Source: Macrostomum lignano
Taxonomy: Eukaryota
Direction of reading: 5' to 3'
DNA length: 64,000 nucleotides
Assembly (NCBI GenBank): GCA_002269645.1
Contig: NIVC01001076.1
Location: forward strand, 65,591-129,590
Shown here: piece by piece, positions 36,991 to 48,334 of the stretch
Layout: every line of letters begins with the position of its first letter
How positions within the stretch are numbered: position 1 is the first letter of the stretch
Program-made: the position numbers and the translations under genes
Notes under the pieces: model-generated
What the model saw: the letters and a program-made list of their open reading frames with translations, nothing else
What the model was told of the DNA's origin: nothing
Database searches by the model: none

Positions 36991-37055
36991 TCCCATTATT
37001 TTGAATCCTAGTTTAGGTCCCATACTAAGCACCTATCATTAAAATAAAAGCCTAC

Positions 37056-37253
37056 CTTGCACTCTCAGCTCCAAGTTAAGCCGGGAATCCAACTTGACTT
37101 TAGCGGGATCGCAGCCTCTTCTCGTCATCTCAGCCGATCGGAGGTGGATCCAAAACAGTCCGATCACAGCGGAGTGAACGCTTACAACAGCATTGGCGTC
37201 ATCAAACTGTGTCTCTGACGAACTGCTAAATGCATCATTTTTCGAGTCCAAAA
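37056..37253 (-). CDS. Nuclear receptor exon 6 (LBD helix 9 region)
   Basis: taatttcag| ... CAAG|GTAGGC, phase 1/1; FLDSKNDAFSSSSETQFDDANAVVSVHSAVIGLFWIHLRSAEMTRRGCDPAKVKLDSRLNLELRVQ. Confidence 0.82.
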
Positions 37254-37299
37254 CTGAAATTAAATACGTAACAAGAATTAATTAAACTGGTTTTTTATC

Positions 37300-37875
37300 T
37301 TGGGATATTCTGATATCCAGAACCCCATTTGGGATATTTTGATATCTAGATCCCCATTTGGGATATTATGGTATTTAGATCCCCATTTGGGATATTCTGA
37401 TATCTAGATCCACATTTGGGATATTATGGTATTTAGATCCCCGTTTTGAGATATTCTGATATCTAGATCCCCATTTGGGATATTATGGTATTTAGATCCC
37501 CATTTGGGATATTCTGATATCTAGATCCACATTTGGGATATTATGGTATTTAGATCCCCGTTTTGAGATATTCTGATATCTAGATTCCCACTTGGGGATA
37601 TTATGGTATTTAGATCCCCATTTTGAGATATTTTGATATCTAGATCCCCACTTGGGGATATTATGGTATTTAGATCCCCATTTTGAGATATTCTGATATC
37701 TAGATCCCGTTTTGGGATATTCTGGTATTTAGATCCCCATTTTGGGATATTCTGACATCTAGATCCTCATTTTAGGATATTCTGGTATTTAGATCCCCAT
37801 TTTGGGATATTCTGATATCTAGATCTTCATTTTAGGATATTCTGGTATTTAGATCCCCATTTTGAGACATTCAGA
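37300..37875. repeat. ~29-30-bp minisatellite GATATTCTGATATCTAGATCCCCATTTGG in NR intron 5
   Basis: About 19 units, alternating two variants. Confidence 0.93.
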
Positions 37876-37972
37876 TTTCCGAATCCCTATCGAGACATCG
37901 TGAAGTATCGATCTGAATTTTGGGGACATTCACAGAATAGATTCACAGCAGTACAATTAGCAAGCCACTAAC

Positions 37973-38112
37973 ATGGCGAAGTGAGACAGATGGCCGACAG
38001 AAAGGCCAACTCTTGCTCCGTGACGCCGTGCGAATCCCAAACAGTTGAGACGTCGAAGAATTTAAGAAACAGCTGCGACAACATGGGATGGTTGGCAGTC
38101 GCGAGGAACTCT
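37973..38112 (-). CDS. Nuclear receptor exon 5 (LBD helices 7-8)
   Basis: cccctccgccattcgcag| ... CCAT|GTTAGT, phase 2/1; EFLATANHPMLSQLFLKFFDVSTVWDSHGVTEQELAFLSAICLTSP matches the NR 'E.aLLsAi.L.sp' motif. Not in the ORF track. Confidence 0.87.
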
Positions 38113-38185
38113 CTGCGAATGGCGGAGGGGCAGATTGGTTATGTACAGGATTTGAAATCTGGGGCGAGCGTCTGCAGCTGTCTGC

Positions 38186-39171
38186 TTTAGTGTCTGTCTC
38201 GCTTAGTGTCTTTGTAGCCTTAGTATCTTTGTAGCCTTACTGTCTTTGTAGCTTTAGTGTCTTTGTAGCCTTAGTGTCTTTGTAGCCTTAGTGTCTTTGT
38301 AGCCTTAGTATGTTTGTAGCCTTAGTGCCTTTGTAGCCTTAGTGTCTTTGTAGCCTTAGTATCTTTGTAGCCTTATTGTCTTTGTAGCCTTAGTGTCTTT
38401 GTAGCCTTAGTATGTTTGTAGCCTTAGTGCCTTTGTAGCCTTAGTGTCTTTGTAGCCTTAGTATCTTTGTAGCCTTAGTGTCTTTGTAGCCTTAGTGTCT
38501 TTGTAGCCTTATTGTCTTTTTAGCTTTTGTGTCTTTGTAGCCTTAGTGTCTTTGTAGCCTTAGTGTCTTTGTAGCCTTAGTGTCTTTGTAGCCTTAGTGT
38601 CTTTGTAGCCTTAGTATCTTTGTAGCCTTATTGTCTTTGTAGCCTTAGTGTCTTTGTAGCCTTAGTATGTTTGTAGCCTTAGTGCCTTTGTAGCCTTAGT
38701 GTCTTTGTAGCCTTAGTATCTTTGTAGCCTTATTGTCTTTGTAGCCTTAGTGTCTTTGTAGCCTTATTGTCTTTTTAGCTTTTGTGTCTTTGTAGCCTTA
38801 GTCTCTTTGTAGCCTTAGTGTCTTTGTAGCTTTAGTGTCTTTGTAGCCTTAGTGTCTTTGTAGCCTTATTGTCTTTTTAGCTTTTGTGTCTTTGTAGCCT
38901 TAGTGTCTTTGTAGCCTTAGTATCTTTGTAGCCTTATTGTCTTTGTAGCCTTAGTGTCTTTGTAGCCTTAGTGTCTTTGTAGCCTTAGTGTCTTTGTAGC
39001 TTTTGTGTCTTTGTAGCCTTAGTGTCTTTGTAGCCTTAGTGTTTTTGTAGCCTTATCTTTGTAGCCTTACTGTCTTTGTAGCCTCAGTGTCTTTGTAGCC
39101 TTAGTGTCTTTGTAGCCTTAGTGTCTTTGTAGTCTTTGTAGCCTTAGCGTCCTAGTCTGCTTCTGTCTGTC

Positions 39172-39221
<50 letters not shown>

Positions 39222-39263
39222 GTGTCTGTCTGTCTGTCTGTCTGTGTGTCTGTCTGTCTGTCT
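38186..39263. repeat. 17-bp minisatellite TGTCTTTGTAGCCTTAG (~57 units) followed by (TGTC)n, in NR intron 4
   Basis: Direct observation. Confidence 0.97.
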
Positions 39264-39369
39264 TAGCATTAGTGCTCCTGCATGCTCTTAGTGTTATACT
39301 AATATCTACATGCCTTCAGTACCTAACTATCTGTCTACCCCAGCCTTAAACAGTGGAACAAGTACAAAC

Positions 39370-39701
39370 TTAGTCAAACGATAGTGCAGCGCAGGATCGA
39401 TAATGTAGCCTTCGCCAGACTGGATCAAGGCGTCGCAGAAGCGCATAGCAATGACCTTGAAGCAGTGGTGCACAATCAGGCGCCGCTTATCAGAGTCAAG
39501 TAGAACATCGGAGCAGCGAGATGCCAGCACCCGGTTGTGGTCGCTGTCGTTGAGTTGCTGCTGATCTGAATGACCGTGAGCGGCGGCGCTGCTGCCTAGA
39601 ATGTTCCTGGCGAAGGCCACTATACGGAGCATCAGCTGGGGTATGCAGCCCACCAGGTGATTCAGCACGGCGGCTTCTTCACCGATAGCCGGTTCGCGTA
39701 A
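39370..39701 (-). CDS. Nuclear receptor exon 4 (LBD helices 3-5)
   Basis: ttgattccag| ... ACTAA|GTTTGT, phase 0/2; LREPAIGEEAAVLNHLVGCIPQLMLRIVAFARNIL...LLDSDKRRLIVHHCFKVIAMRF...YRLTK, continuing in frame into exon 5 (TK-EFLA). Confidence 0.83.
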
Positions 39702-39864
39702 CTGGAATCAAGTGCAGCAATTCATGAGTGTACTTTTTCAAGCTTTGGTCAGGGCTGAAATTATAAAATACTTAATAAGTATGATCACGAAGGCGCTTCA
39801 CAGAGTGAGCAGGAGCATGCTTTACGGCTTACAGAGTGCCCATACAGAAAGTCACACGAGGAGA

Positions 39865-40572
39865 GTGGCATTCCTGAGTGAACGCATAGTGTGACAATTG
39901 GAGAGTGACATTCCTGAGTGAACACATAGTGTGACAATTGGAGAGTGGCATTCCTGAGTGAACGCATAGTGTGACAATTGGAGAGTGGCATTCCTCAGTG
40001 AACGCATAGTGTGACAATTGGAGAGTGGCATTCCTGAGTGAACGCATAGTGTGACAATTGGAGAGTGGCATTCCTGAGTGAACGCATAGTGTGACAATTG
40101 GAGAGTGGCATTCCTGAGTGAACGCATAGTGTGACAATTGGAGAGTGGCATTCCTGAGTGAACGCAGTGTGACAATTGGAGAGTGGCATTCATGAGTGAA
40201 CGCATAGTGTGACAATTGGAGAGTGGCATTCCTGAGTGAACGCATAGTGTGACAATTGGAGAGTGGCATTCCTGAGTGAACGCAGTGTGACAATTGGAGA
40301 GTGGCATTCCTGAGTGAACGCATAGTGTGACAATTGGAGAGTGACATTCCTGAGTGAACGCATAGTGTGACAATTGGAGAGTGACATTCCTGAGTGAACG
40401 CATAGTGTGACAATTGGAGAGTGACATTCCTGAGTGAACGCATAGTGTGACAATTGGAGAGTGGCATTCCTGAGTGAACGCATAGTGTGACAATTGGAGT
40501 GAAATTCCTGAGTGAACGCATAGTGTGACAATTGGAGAGTGGCATTCCTGAGTGAACGGATAGTGTGACACT
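39865..40572. repeat. 40-bp minisatellite GAGAGTGGCATTCCTGAGTGAACGCATAGTGTGACAATTG in NR intron 3
   Basis: About 18 units. Confidence 0.97.
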
Positions 40573-40744
40573 TTAAGAGTTCCATTCCGTACTAGTACAT
40601 ATTCTTAATTTTAAAGTGAAATAGTCACATAAACCTTTTTAAGAGCCAATTTGAAATAGATATCTACCGTAGAATAACATCAAGTCCGATAGTCTAAAGT
40701 TAATTACAGTGACATTAAAAATATATACAAATCAAACAACCTAA

Positions 40745-41325
40745 TCTACCATCCAAATCGACCACCCAGATAAACCGGCCATCCAGATAAACCGGCCATC
40801 CAGATAAACCGGCCATCCAGATAAACCGGCCATCCAGATAAACCGGCCATCCAGATAAACCGGCCATCCAGATAAATCGGCCACCCAGATAAACCGGCCA
40901 AAATCGACAATCCAGATAAACCGGCCAAAATCGACAATCCAGATAAACCGGCCAAAATCGACAATCCAGATAAACCGGCCAAAATCGACAATCCAGATAA
41001 ACCGGCCATCCAAATAGACCATCCAGATAAACCGGCCATCCAAATAGACCACCCAGATAAACCGGCCATCCAAATAGACCACCCAGATAAACCGGCCATC
41101 CAAATAGACCACCCAGATAAACCGGCCATCCAAATAGACCATCCAGATAAACCGGCCATCCAGATAAACCGGCCACCCAGATAAACCGGCCAAAATCGAC
41201 AATCCAGATAAACCGGCCATCCAAATAGACCATCCAGATAAACCGGCCATCCAAATAGACCATCCAGATAAACCGGCCATCCAAATAGACCATCCAGATA
41301 AACCGGCCATCCAAATCGACCATCC
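40745..41325. repeat. 17/30-bp minisatellite CCATCCAGATAAACCGG in NR intron 3
   Basis: A 17-bp unit plus longer derivatives carrying CCAAATAGAC or CCAAAATCGACAAT inserts. Confidence 0.95.
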
Positions 41326-41388
41326 TTCATGCCGGACAGAAATCGTAGAGAAAAACCCTAGGTTAGACCCCCATAGCAACACACTCAC

Positions 41389-41970
41389 CATAGGCAAGCG
41401 CTCAGCCCTGAACTTAGACATCCGGTCCTGACAGAAGTAGGCGGTGCGCCGATGCCCCTCGAGAATGAGCTCCGTGCTCTCGGCAATGGCCCGGCCGCAG
41501 ACAGGGTTCTGGCTGAACTGATCGTTTAAATCGGCCTCCCAGTACTGCACAAATTTGTCAACCGCGCACAGGATTAACTTGGCCGAATCGCCGGACACGT
41601 CCGGACGATCGCAGAGTGAGCAAAGCCACGCGGCCGAGCGACTGTCGGTGTCGCCAGTCAGGCGGTGGCACAGGCGGACAAGCGACTGGCCCGATAGCAG
41701 CGGCTGACAGCCGGTTAGCCAGGCTTCGCTAAGCTGACCGTCCGGCGGCGGCGGGGGAGGAGGCGGGTGAGGCGGCGGAGTCGGGGAGCTCCGACTGCTG
41801 CTGCCGCAGCGACCGGAGCTCGATGCCCAGGGTGACTGGGCGCCGACGACTGCGACCGACGGAGTGACCGGGACGGATTGTGCGGATGGCGGAAACGATG
41901 CCGACGGCGGTGGCGGCGGCGGCGGTGAGGTGGCGACGGGACTCGATAGAAGTCGGGGCAAGGAGCTGGT
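41389..41970 (-). CDS. Nuclear receptor exon 3 (Pro/Ser-rich hinge and helix 1)
   Basis: aactctgcag| ... CCTATG|GTGAGT, phase 0/0; 194 codons ending AIAESTELILEGHRRTAYFCQDRMSKFRAERLPM. Confidence 0.85.
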
Positions 41971-42042
41971 CTGCAGAGTTTAATAGGACAGGATGTACTT
42001 CAAATACTACTTTTTTCCCTGATTTTTAGTGTGAATGTCAGC

Positions 42043-42532
42043 GACCTTTGACTGGCACAGTTTGACTGTCAGTGACTTTTTGACTGGCTCAATTTGACTG
42101 TCAGTGACTTTTTGACTGGCACAATTTGACTTTCAGTGACTTTTGACTGGCACAGTTTGACTGTCAGTGACTTTTGACTGGCACAGTTTGACTGTCAGTG
42201 ACTTTTGACTGGCACAGTTTGACTGTCAGTGACTTTTGACTGTCAGTGACTTTTGACTGGCACAGTTTGACTGTCAGTGACTTTTGACTGTCAGTGACCT
42301 TTTGACTGGCACAATTTGACTGTCCGCGACTTTTTTTGACTGTCAGTGACCTTTTGACTGGCACAATTTGACTGTCAGTGACCTTTTGACTGGCACAGTT
42401 TGACTGTCAGTGACCTTTTGACTGGCACAATTTGACTGTCAGTGACCTTTTGACTGGCACAATTTGACTGTCAGTGACCTTTTGACTGGCACAGTTTGAC
42501 TGCCAGTGACCTTTTGACTGGCACAATTTGAA
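42043..42532. repeat. ~31-bp minisatellite GACTGTCAGTGACTTTTGACTGGCACAGTTT in NR intron 2
   Basis: About 16 units, some half-units. Confidence 0.95.
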
Positions 42533-42767
42533 TGACTTCTGAGAACGAGAAGAGCGGGAAACTGGGCTCTAGTTCAGCCCCTCTTTTTTATTTATTTAGA
42601 TGGTTTTCAGTGGGCTCTGGGCACTGCCGCAAACCAAAGCTTCAACCTCTGAGGCCCCCAACCCCGCCGTGTTAAGAAAACTATCCACGCACCCGAGCAC
42701 AGGAGGTGACAGGCGATTTGTCGCTATTTAGCGAGGCCTGTCGTCTAAAACAGGTGCGACGACAGAC

Positions 42768-43094
42768 TTGGTTTTCAAATTCCCGCCGTTTCAGCTCGAT
42801 GAAGCGCAGCAGTTGCTGATCACTGATTGTCTCAGCGTCTACAGAGCTCGGCGAAGGCGGCTGCTGGGTTCGACGCTTTGCGCCGCCGACTCCGCGACCG
42901 CCGTTGCCGTTGTCGGCGTCGAGTCTGGCCCGACGGCCGAGTTTCGAACGCTGCCGGCCCATGTTAACGGCGCAGCACTTTTTCAAACGGCACCATTGGC
43001 AGGCGTTGCGAGTCTGCGGCGTTATCGCCAGCGGGCTGGCGTGGGAGCAGGCGCCGGCCGGGTTGCGGGACGACACGATACGGCGGAAAAAGCC
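42768..43094 (-). CDS. Nuclear receptor exon 2 (P-box end, second zinc finger, T-box)
   Basis: ctctctcccattttccaag| ... AACCAA|GTCTGT, phase 0/0; GFFRRIVSSRNPAGACSHASPLAITPQTRNACQWCRLKKCCAVNMGRQRSKLGRR. Confidence 0.92.
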
Positions 43095-43147
43095 CTTGGA
43101 AAATGGGAGAGAGCGAAACTTTTAGATCATCCGCCTGCCTTAATCAG

Positions 43148-43740
43148 GTAGATCTATCTACCTGCCATATAAGTTGTCAATTGGGTGCCCACTGTACTGC
43201 TGAGATAGATCTATCTGCTGCTCACTGTGCTACTAGAATAGATCTATCTGCTGCTCACTGTGCTACTAGAATAGATCTATCTGCTGCTCACTGTGCTACT
43301 AGAATAGATCTATCTGCTGCTCACTGTGCTACTAGAATAGATCTATCTGTTGCTCACTGTGCTACTAGAATAGATCTATCTGCTGCTCACTGTGCTACTA
43401 GAATAGATCTATCTGCTGCTCACTGTGCTACTAGGATAGATCTATCTGCTGCTCACTGTGCTACTAGAATAGATCTATCTGCTGCTCACTGTGCTACTAG
43501 GATAGATCTATCTGCTGCTCATTGTGCTACTAGGATAGATCTATCTGCTTCCCATTGTGCTACCAAGGTAGTTCTATCTGCCATTAACAGCTACTAGGAT
43601 AGATCTATCTGCCATTCAATAGGTACTAGAATATATCTATCTGCCATTCAGCAGCTACTAGGATAGATCTATCTGCCATTCAACAACTACTATGATAGAT
43701 CTATCTGCCATTCAACAACTATTATGGTAGATCTATCTGC
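43148..43740. repeat. 33-bp minisatellite AGATCTATCTGCTGCTCACTGTGCTACTAGAAT in NR intron 1
   Basis: About 18 units; begins about 5 nt from the donor. Confidence 0.96.
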
Positions 43741-43745
43741 CGCAC

Positions 43746-43997
43746 CTTGCAGCCTTCGCAAGTGGGCACACCGTAGTGCACACCGCTGGCTACATCCTGG
43801 CAAACAGCGCATGAAGAACCGCGCGGACTGTTGGACAAGCCTGAAGCCGAACCGGAAGCTGAATTCGACACCGCAGAAACAGACGACTTGCCCGACATAG
43901 ATGTCGACAAGTCCAGCGACTTTCGAGCCGGAAGCAGCAGCCGGGACTGCGGCTGAGTAGCTTGAGCTTGAGCTTGAGTCGAGTCTGCGCTTGCCAT
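43746..43997 (-). CDS. Nuclear receptor first coding exon (A/B region and first zinc finger), NR1-type P-box CEGCKG
   Basis: ATG at 43997 with upstream in-frame stops, acceptor at 44044; CAVCQDVASGVHYGVPTCEGCK|GTGCGG. The seven exons join in frame to 2097 nt (~698 aa). Subfamily unresolved (E75/HR3/2DBD-related). Confidence 0.93.
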
Positions 43998-44622
43998 TTT
44001 TGGCCTAGGTCACGCACGCGATCTTGAATGACACTAGTTCTGGCTGCAAATGCACAGGGCAAATGCTCAAATAAATCAGTACAACAACAGGTTACAAGTA
44101 AGAAAACAAGCCTAAAACTTCAAGCCTTTTTTGTCACACTTTTTGTTCAGGCATCAACTTTAACTACAGGTGTTTCATATTTAGCATCAATTATTCTATA
44201 ACTATTTAGATTCGTGCAACTTTAGGATTTTTATATCAAACTGTCAAAGTTAAATAAGCTATAAACATGGAGCCTGCAGACTTTTACACAAATTCTGTGG
44301 GTCAAAGGCTTAGCAATATAAATGATATGGTATACAGTGTTTGGTGTTTTATTTTACATTGAATTCTTTTGACTGATTCTGGATTTGGACCCACAATACC
44401 AAATGGCAACCCACTATAATTCTATTGCTTAGAAAACTCTATCTCAATTATATAGATAATAGTTAACTTTATATCAATTGAAAATTGGCCACTTACTCAA
44501 CAAGCCCTACATCATAGCATAGCATATATACATAACACTTAGCCAATCTAGTGAATCTAGCCAAATGATAAAATGGCCAAAGCAGGTAATGATATTTTTC
44601 AAAACTGATCAACCAAGCACCA

Positions 44623-44799
44623 TGCTTGGGCGCAAACTAGGGATTCACCCGGCCATTTCTATTGGCAACACACACATGTAAGTCGCTATTGGATGGAATA
44701 GTAGTCACAGGACTGCTCTCAGCCAATAGCAACTTACATGTATGTGTTGCCATTAGAAATGGCCGGGTGATTCCCAAGGTTGCGCATGTATGCCAAGCA
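44623..44799. mobile_element. Palindromic hairpin element (MITE-like), 66-bp arms and 24-nt loop
   Basis: Left arm 44630-44695 GCGCAAACTAGGGATTCACCCGGCCATTTCTATTGGCAACACACACATGTAAGTCGCTATTGGATG pairs with 44720-44785 with about 7 mismatches; outer TGCTTGG/CCAAGCA. Confidence 0.7.
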
Positions 44800-47700
44800 C
44801 CCAAAAATTGTTAGGATGGAGGGTGACATAGGACAAAAACATTTAATTTAAGTCAAAGACAAAAGATTTAAACTACACATACAGCTTTGCTATACAAAGG
44901 CTCTCTAGATACAATTATGCTATATTTTCATAGAAGACTATATTGAACCAATTAGATAAAATTCAGTAAGCTTTGCATATAAATTTGGCTTTGAGATTGG
45001 GGTCTAGTATTATAAACACTATATGTAGCTCAAATGAAAGTATGTTTCAATTTAATACCATTGGCTTTTATAGAGTATAAACTAAATAAACAAGGACTTA
45101 TTCTAAAATCTAAAAGAATTGCATTGGCATATATTCTATATATCTATTAAATATTTTTTTTAATTTTTGTATTTGTATATTAAATACTATATTTCAATTT
45201 TAAAACTTATATCAATTGTATATTAAAATTATTCTATTATTAAAAACAGAAATATATTCTATTTTTTAATAAATAATAATAATGCTTATCTATACAAATA
45301 TTTTGTTTGCTTTAAAAACTTTTCTTAAACTTTAAAAGTTGCTTGTATTTTAATAGGTCATGCTATAGTATACTTATTATTGCTCTATATTATTCCTTTG
45401 GTATAGTCATATATGCAAAGGATTTAAAAATATAAAAAAGAGGAAGGTAGATTATAAACATAAGAGTAGAGACACTATAATATACATAAGATCACTGCCC
45501 ATTTAATTTTAAATTATTAAATTTTAGAATATTGATAATATTTGCAACTGCTAAACCGAAGGAAAAGGGGCATCATCATTGTTAGCCATATAGGATAGCT
45601 GCTATTGTCTTGCCCCTCTCCTTAAATCTACTCTTGTATAAGTAATATAATCTAGGTTTTTATACATAGTCATAGAGTGTGTGCATATCATATGTATTCT
45701 AATTTTTAGCAAAAAATCTAGGATAATTTTTATATAAACTTTTTTTCAAATGTAGCCTAGCTTAAAGTTTAGTATAGTATTGTACTCTTAGACTTAAGGT
45801 TTTAGATCAGGATTAGGAATCAATCTTTCATTCCTTTTCAAGTTTATTTAAATAGATAACTATTAAAAAGCTTTTGGCCCTATATAATGATTTTAGACTT
45901 ATTCAAAGTCTTAGATATAATAACTAGCAGTTTGATTTTTATAAAAACAAAAGCTTTGTCTTTATTATTTAAAACTAACCCAATTTAGACTCACAACCTT
46001 CCTCTTTTGTTTTACTTTAATTAACAAATTAAATTAAACTTTAAATTAAGCAACTTATATCAAAAATCTATTTGATTGAATTTAATCAAGGATATAAATT
46101 TAAATTTCTATCTCTACCTGTACTTAATTCTAAGTAATTTCAATTTAAGATTATTAATGTTAAAAATTTGTAATTGAGAAGAATGAGAAAGGGGGTTAAA
46201 TTTTTTCTATTAGGGGCCTAAGTCATTCAATTGAATTTTGAGTACTAGGCCTACTTTAAAGGGTAATATATATTATTTTAAGGCTAGGAGGCTAGCTGCT
46301 AGGCTATGGCTTAAAATGCATTAGAAAATGTAGCGCCACAACAGTCATTAGTGTTAATCATTAATTAGACAAGTTAGATTAGACTAAGATAGAACTAAGA
46401 CTAAGAGTCAGACAGAGTAGCCCTACACAACAATATGCAATACAGTGCAAAATCTAGTGCTTTTAGTGATTTACAAAGGATGTTAATAGACTTTAAATGC
46501 ACTTCTTTTTATCTAACTTGCATAAGGGCTAGGCCTAATCCCTAAGCAGGCTAAGGCTTTGATTGCAGGACTTAAGTAAATTTAAATCCTTGATTTAATT
46601 TAGTACTTTACTATAAAGTCAAAAGTGTAAGTACTAAACTATTATATAACAATAACAACACCGCTTTAGCTTCAACAATTTACTATGCTAACAACTAACT
46701 TTGACATTTTAAGCATTTTTTCAATCGATTTTTTACAATATTTTGGGGGGTGCTTTTATGCGGGGTGAATTCGGTAAGTAAGTAGTTACGAGCTAGTTAA
46801 TAGTTAGTAGTTACTAGTTATACTAGTTAGACCTGCTGAACTTTTATTTAAAATGCATACCTTAAAACGCATATTTAAAAGTAAAATGTTTCAGTGTTTT
46901 TATCTTTACTCAAAATTATACATTTTGGGTATTCCTAGAATTGATTTTTTAAGCTCAATTAGCAAATAATTGGAACTAGTCAATTTTGTTTGTTATGCCT
47001 TTAAAAATAAGCGGACTGTGTATTGAAAGGATTTTAATTTTCTAACGCAAGCAAAAACGGTTAATCAAAATGCCTATGTACTTGACTGTTGGGAAGAGAA
47101 TTCTAGGAGTTTATGCACTTTAAGACTTGCTTTACCTGTTGTGCAGGGCACACAATCGCGCGGCTAATAGTTCTGTGAAGAGTGCATCCAGACCCAGTAG
47201 GGTCTACATCATATGCATGTCCCATACATGTACGAGCGTATACATGTACATGTTGAGGGCTTGCATTTTTGTCCAAAATTTGACTGGCTCTCCCCAAAAT
47301 TTTCAATATGACACCTGTAATAACACGGCCCTCCATCCTGATTTCGCCTCCATTTGCATCCATCTTTCAGAATTAAAATGCGTAATACAGTCGTACAGTT
47401 GCCGCGCAGCTAAACATTTTTAAAGACATCTCTTTCGTAAACACTACTAAAAGTAGACTCTAGTTTTGTCCCAGATTTTTCCATCCACATTGATTGAAAT
47501 GGCGTGAACTCCAAGATAAATGGCGCCAACTCCAATTCTAATTGAATGGCGCGCCTTGGCCACTCAAAATACAGGTACATACAAACCTAAAGTGTTACAC
47601 GCATACAGCAGCCACTTGTTCCGTGAAAAACAAAAACAAAAACAACACCAATGATTACGACACAGATTGCTTGTTCAGATAACTAAGACTAATTACTGCA

Positions 47701-48334
47701 ATATAGATGGATCCCAGACCCATTCCTAAATTGATTTTATCGATCAAGACAACGGACGAGACGTCATTGAAAATTTGAGGGAACCAGCTGTGTACGATCC
47801 ATTCTACTTTTATAGCTGGTGTATATCATTGGCACTGCACACAAACAGGCACACACGAGATCTAGATCTGCAATCAAAATTTGCTGGATTTTCGATTGAA
47901 AATAGTCGGCCGCGATCAGTTTAAATAACAATATTAACTAGCTCGTATATACATAATAATATACACACAAGGGCGCGATCGAGCGCAACTTGTGGAAGCG
48001 ATCGTGTAGGGAAAAATTTGATATCGAAACTTGAGCTCAGCTTCAGTTTCATCTGTAGGCCAAGCCCCGCCTACTACTATTATACTCAAATAATGACTGA
48101 CAAGTTTGAAGGGTTTGTTTGGACAGCATCATCAAGATAGAGCCGCCACGCTTTGCATTGATCAGCCAGTCGGATTCGCAAGTCAGTTGAGATCGAAGCT
48201 GGGTATCTCGGCTCCATTCGGGGCTAGGTTAATTAAGCATTATGGGAATCTATTCAACTGCCCCATCCCTTCATGGTCCTTCATTACACCTAAAATAGTG
48301 CCCAGGCCACATCGATCTCACCGCGCCCGCCACA

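Noticed and set aside
39829-41330. 200-400-aa ORFs with repetitive Cys/His or Trp/Gly motifs
   Set aside because: Translations of the 40-bp and 17/30-bp intronic arrays; only 41389-41970 is a real exon.
47103-47363. 86-aa minus-strand ORF ending at a CAG|GTAAAG donor as a coding first exon of the NR
   Set aside because: Splicing to the 44043 acceptor meets a stop before the NR ATG; at most a 5' UTR exon or uORF.
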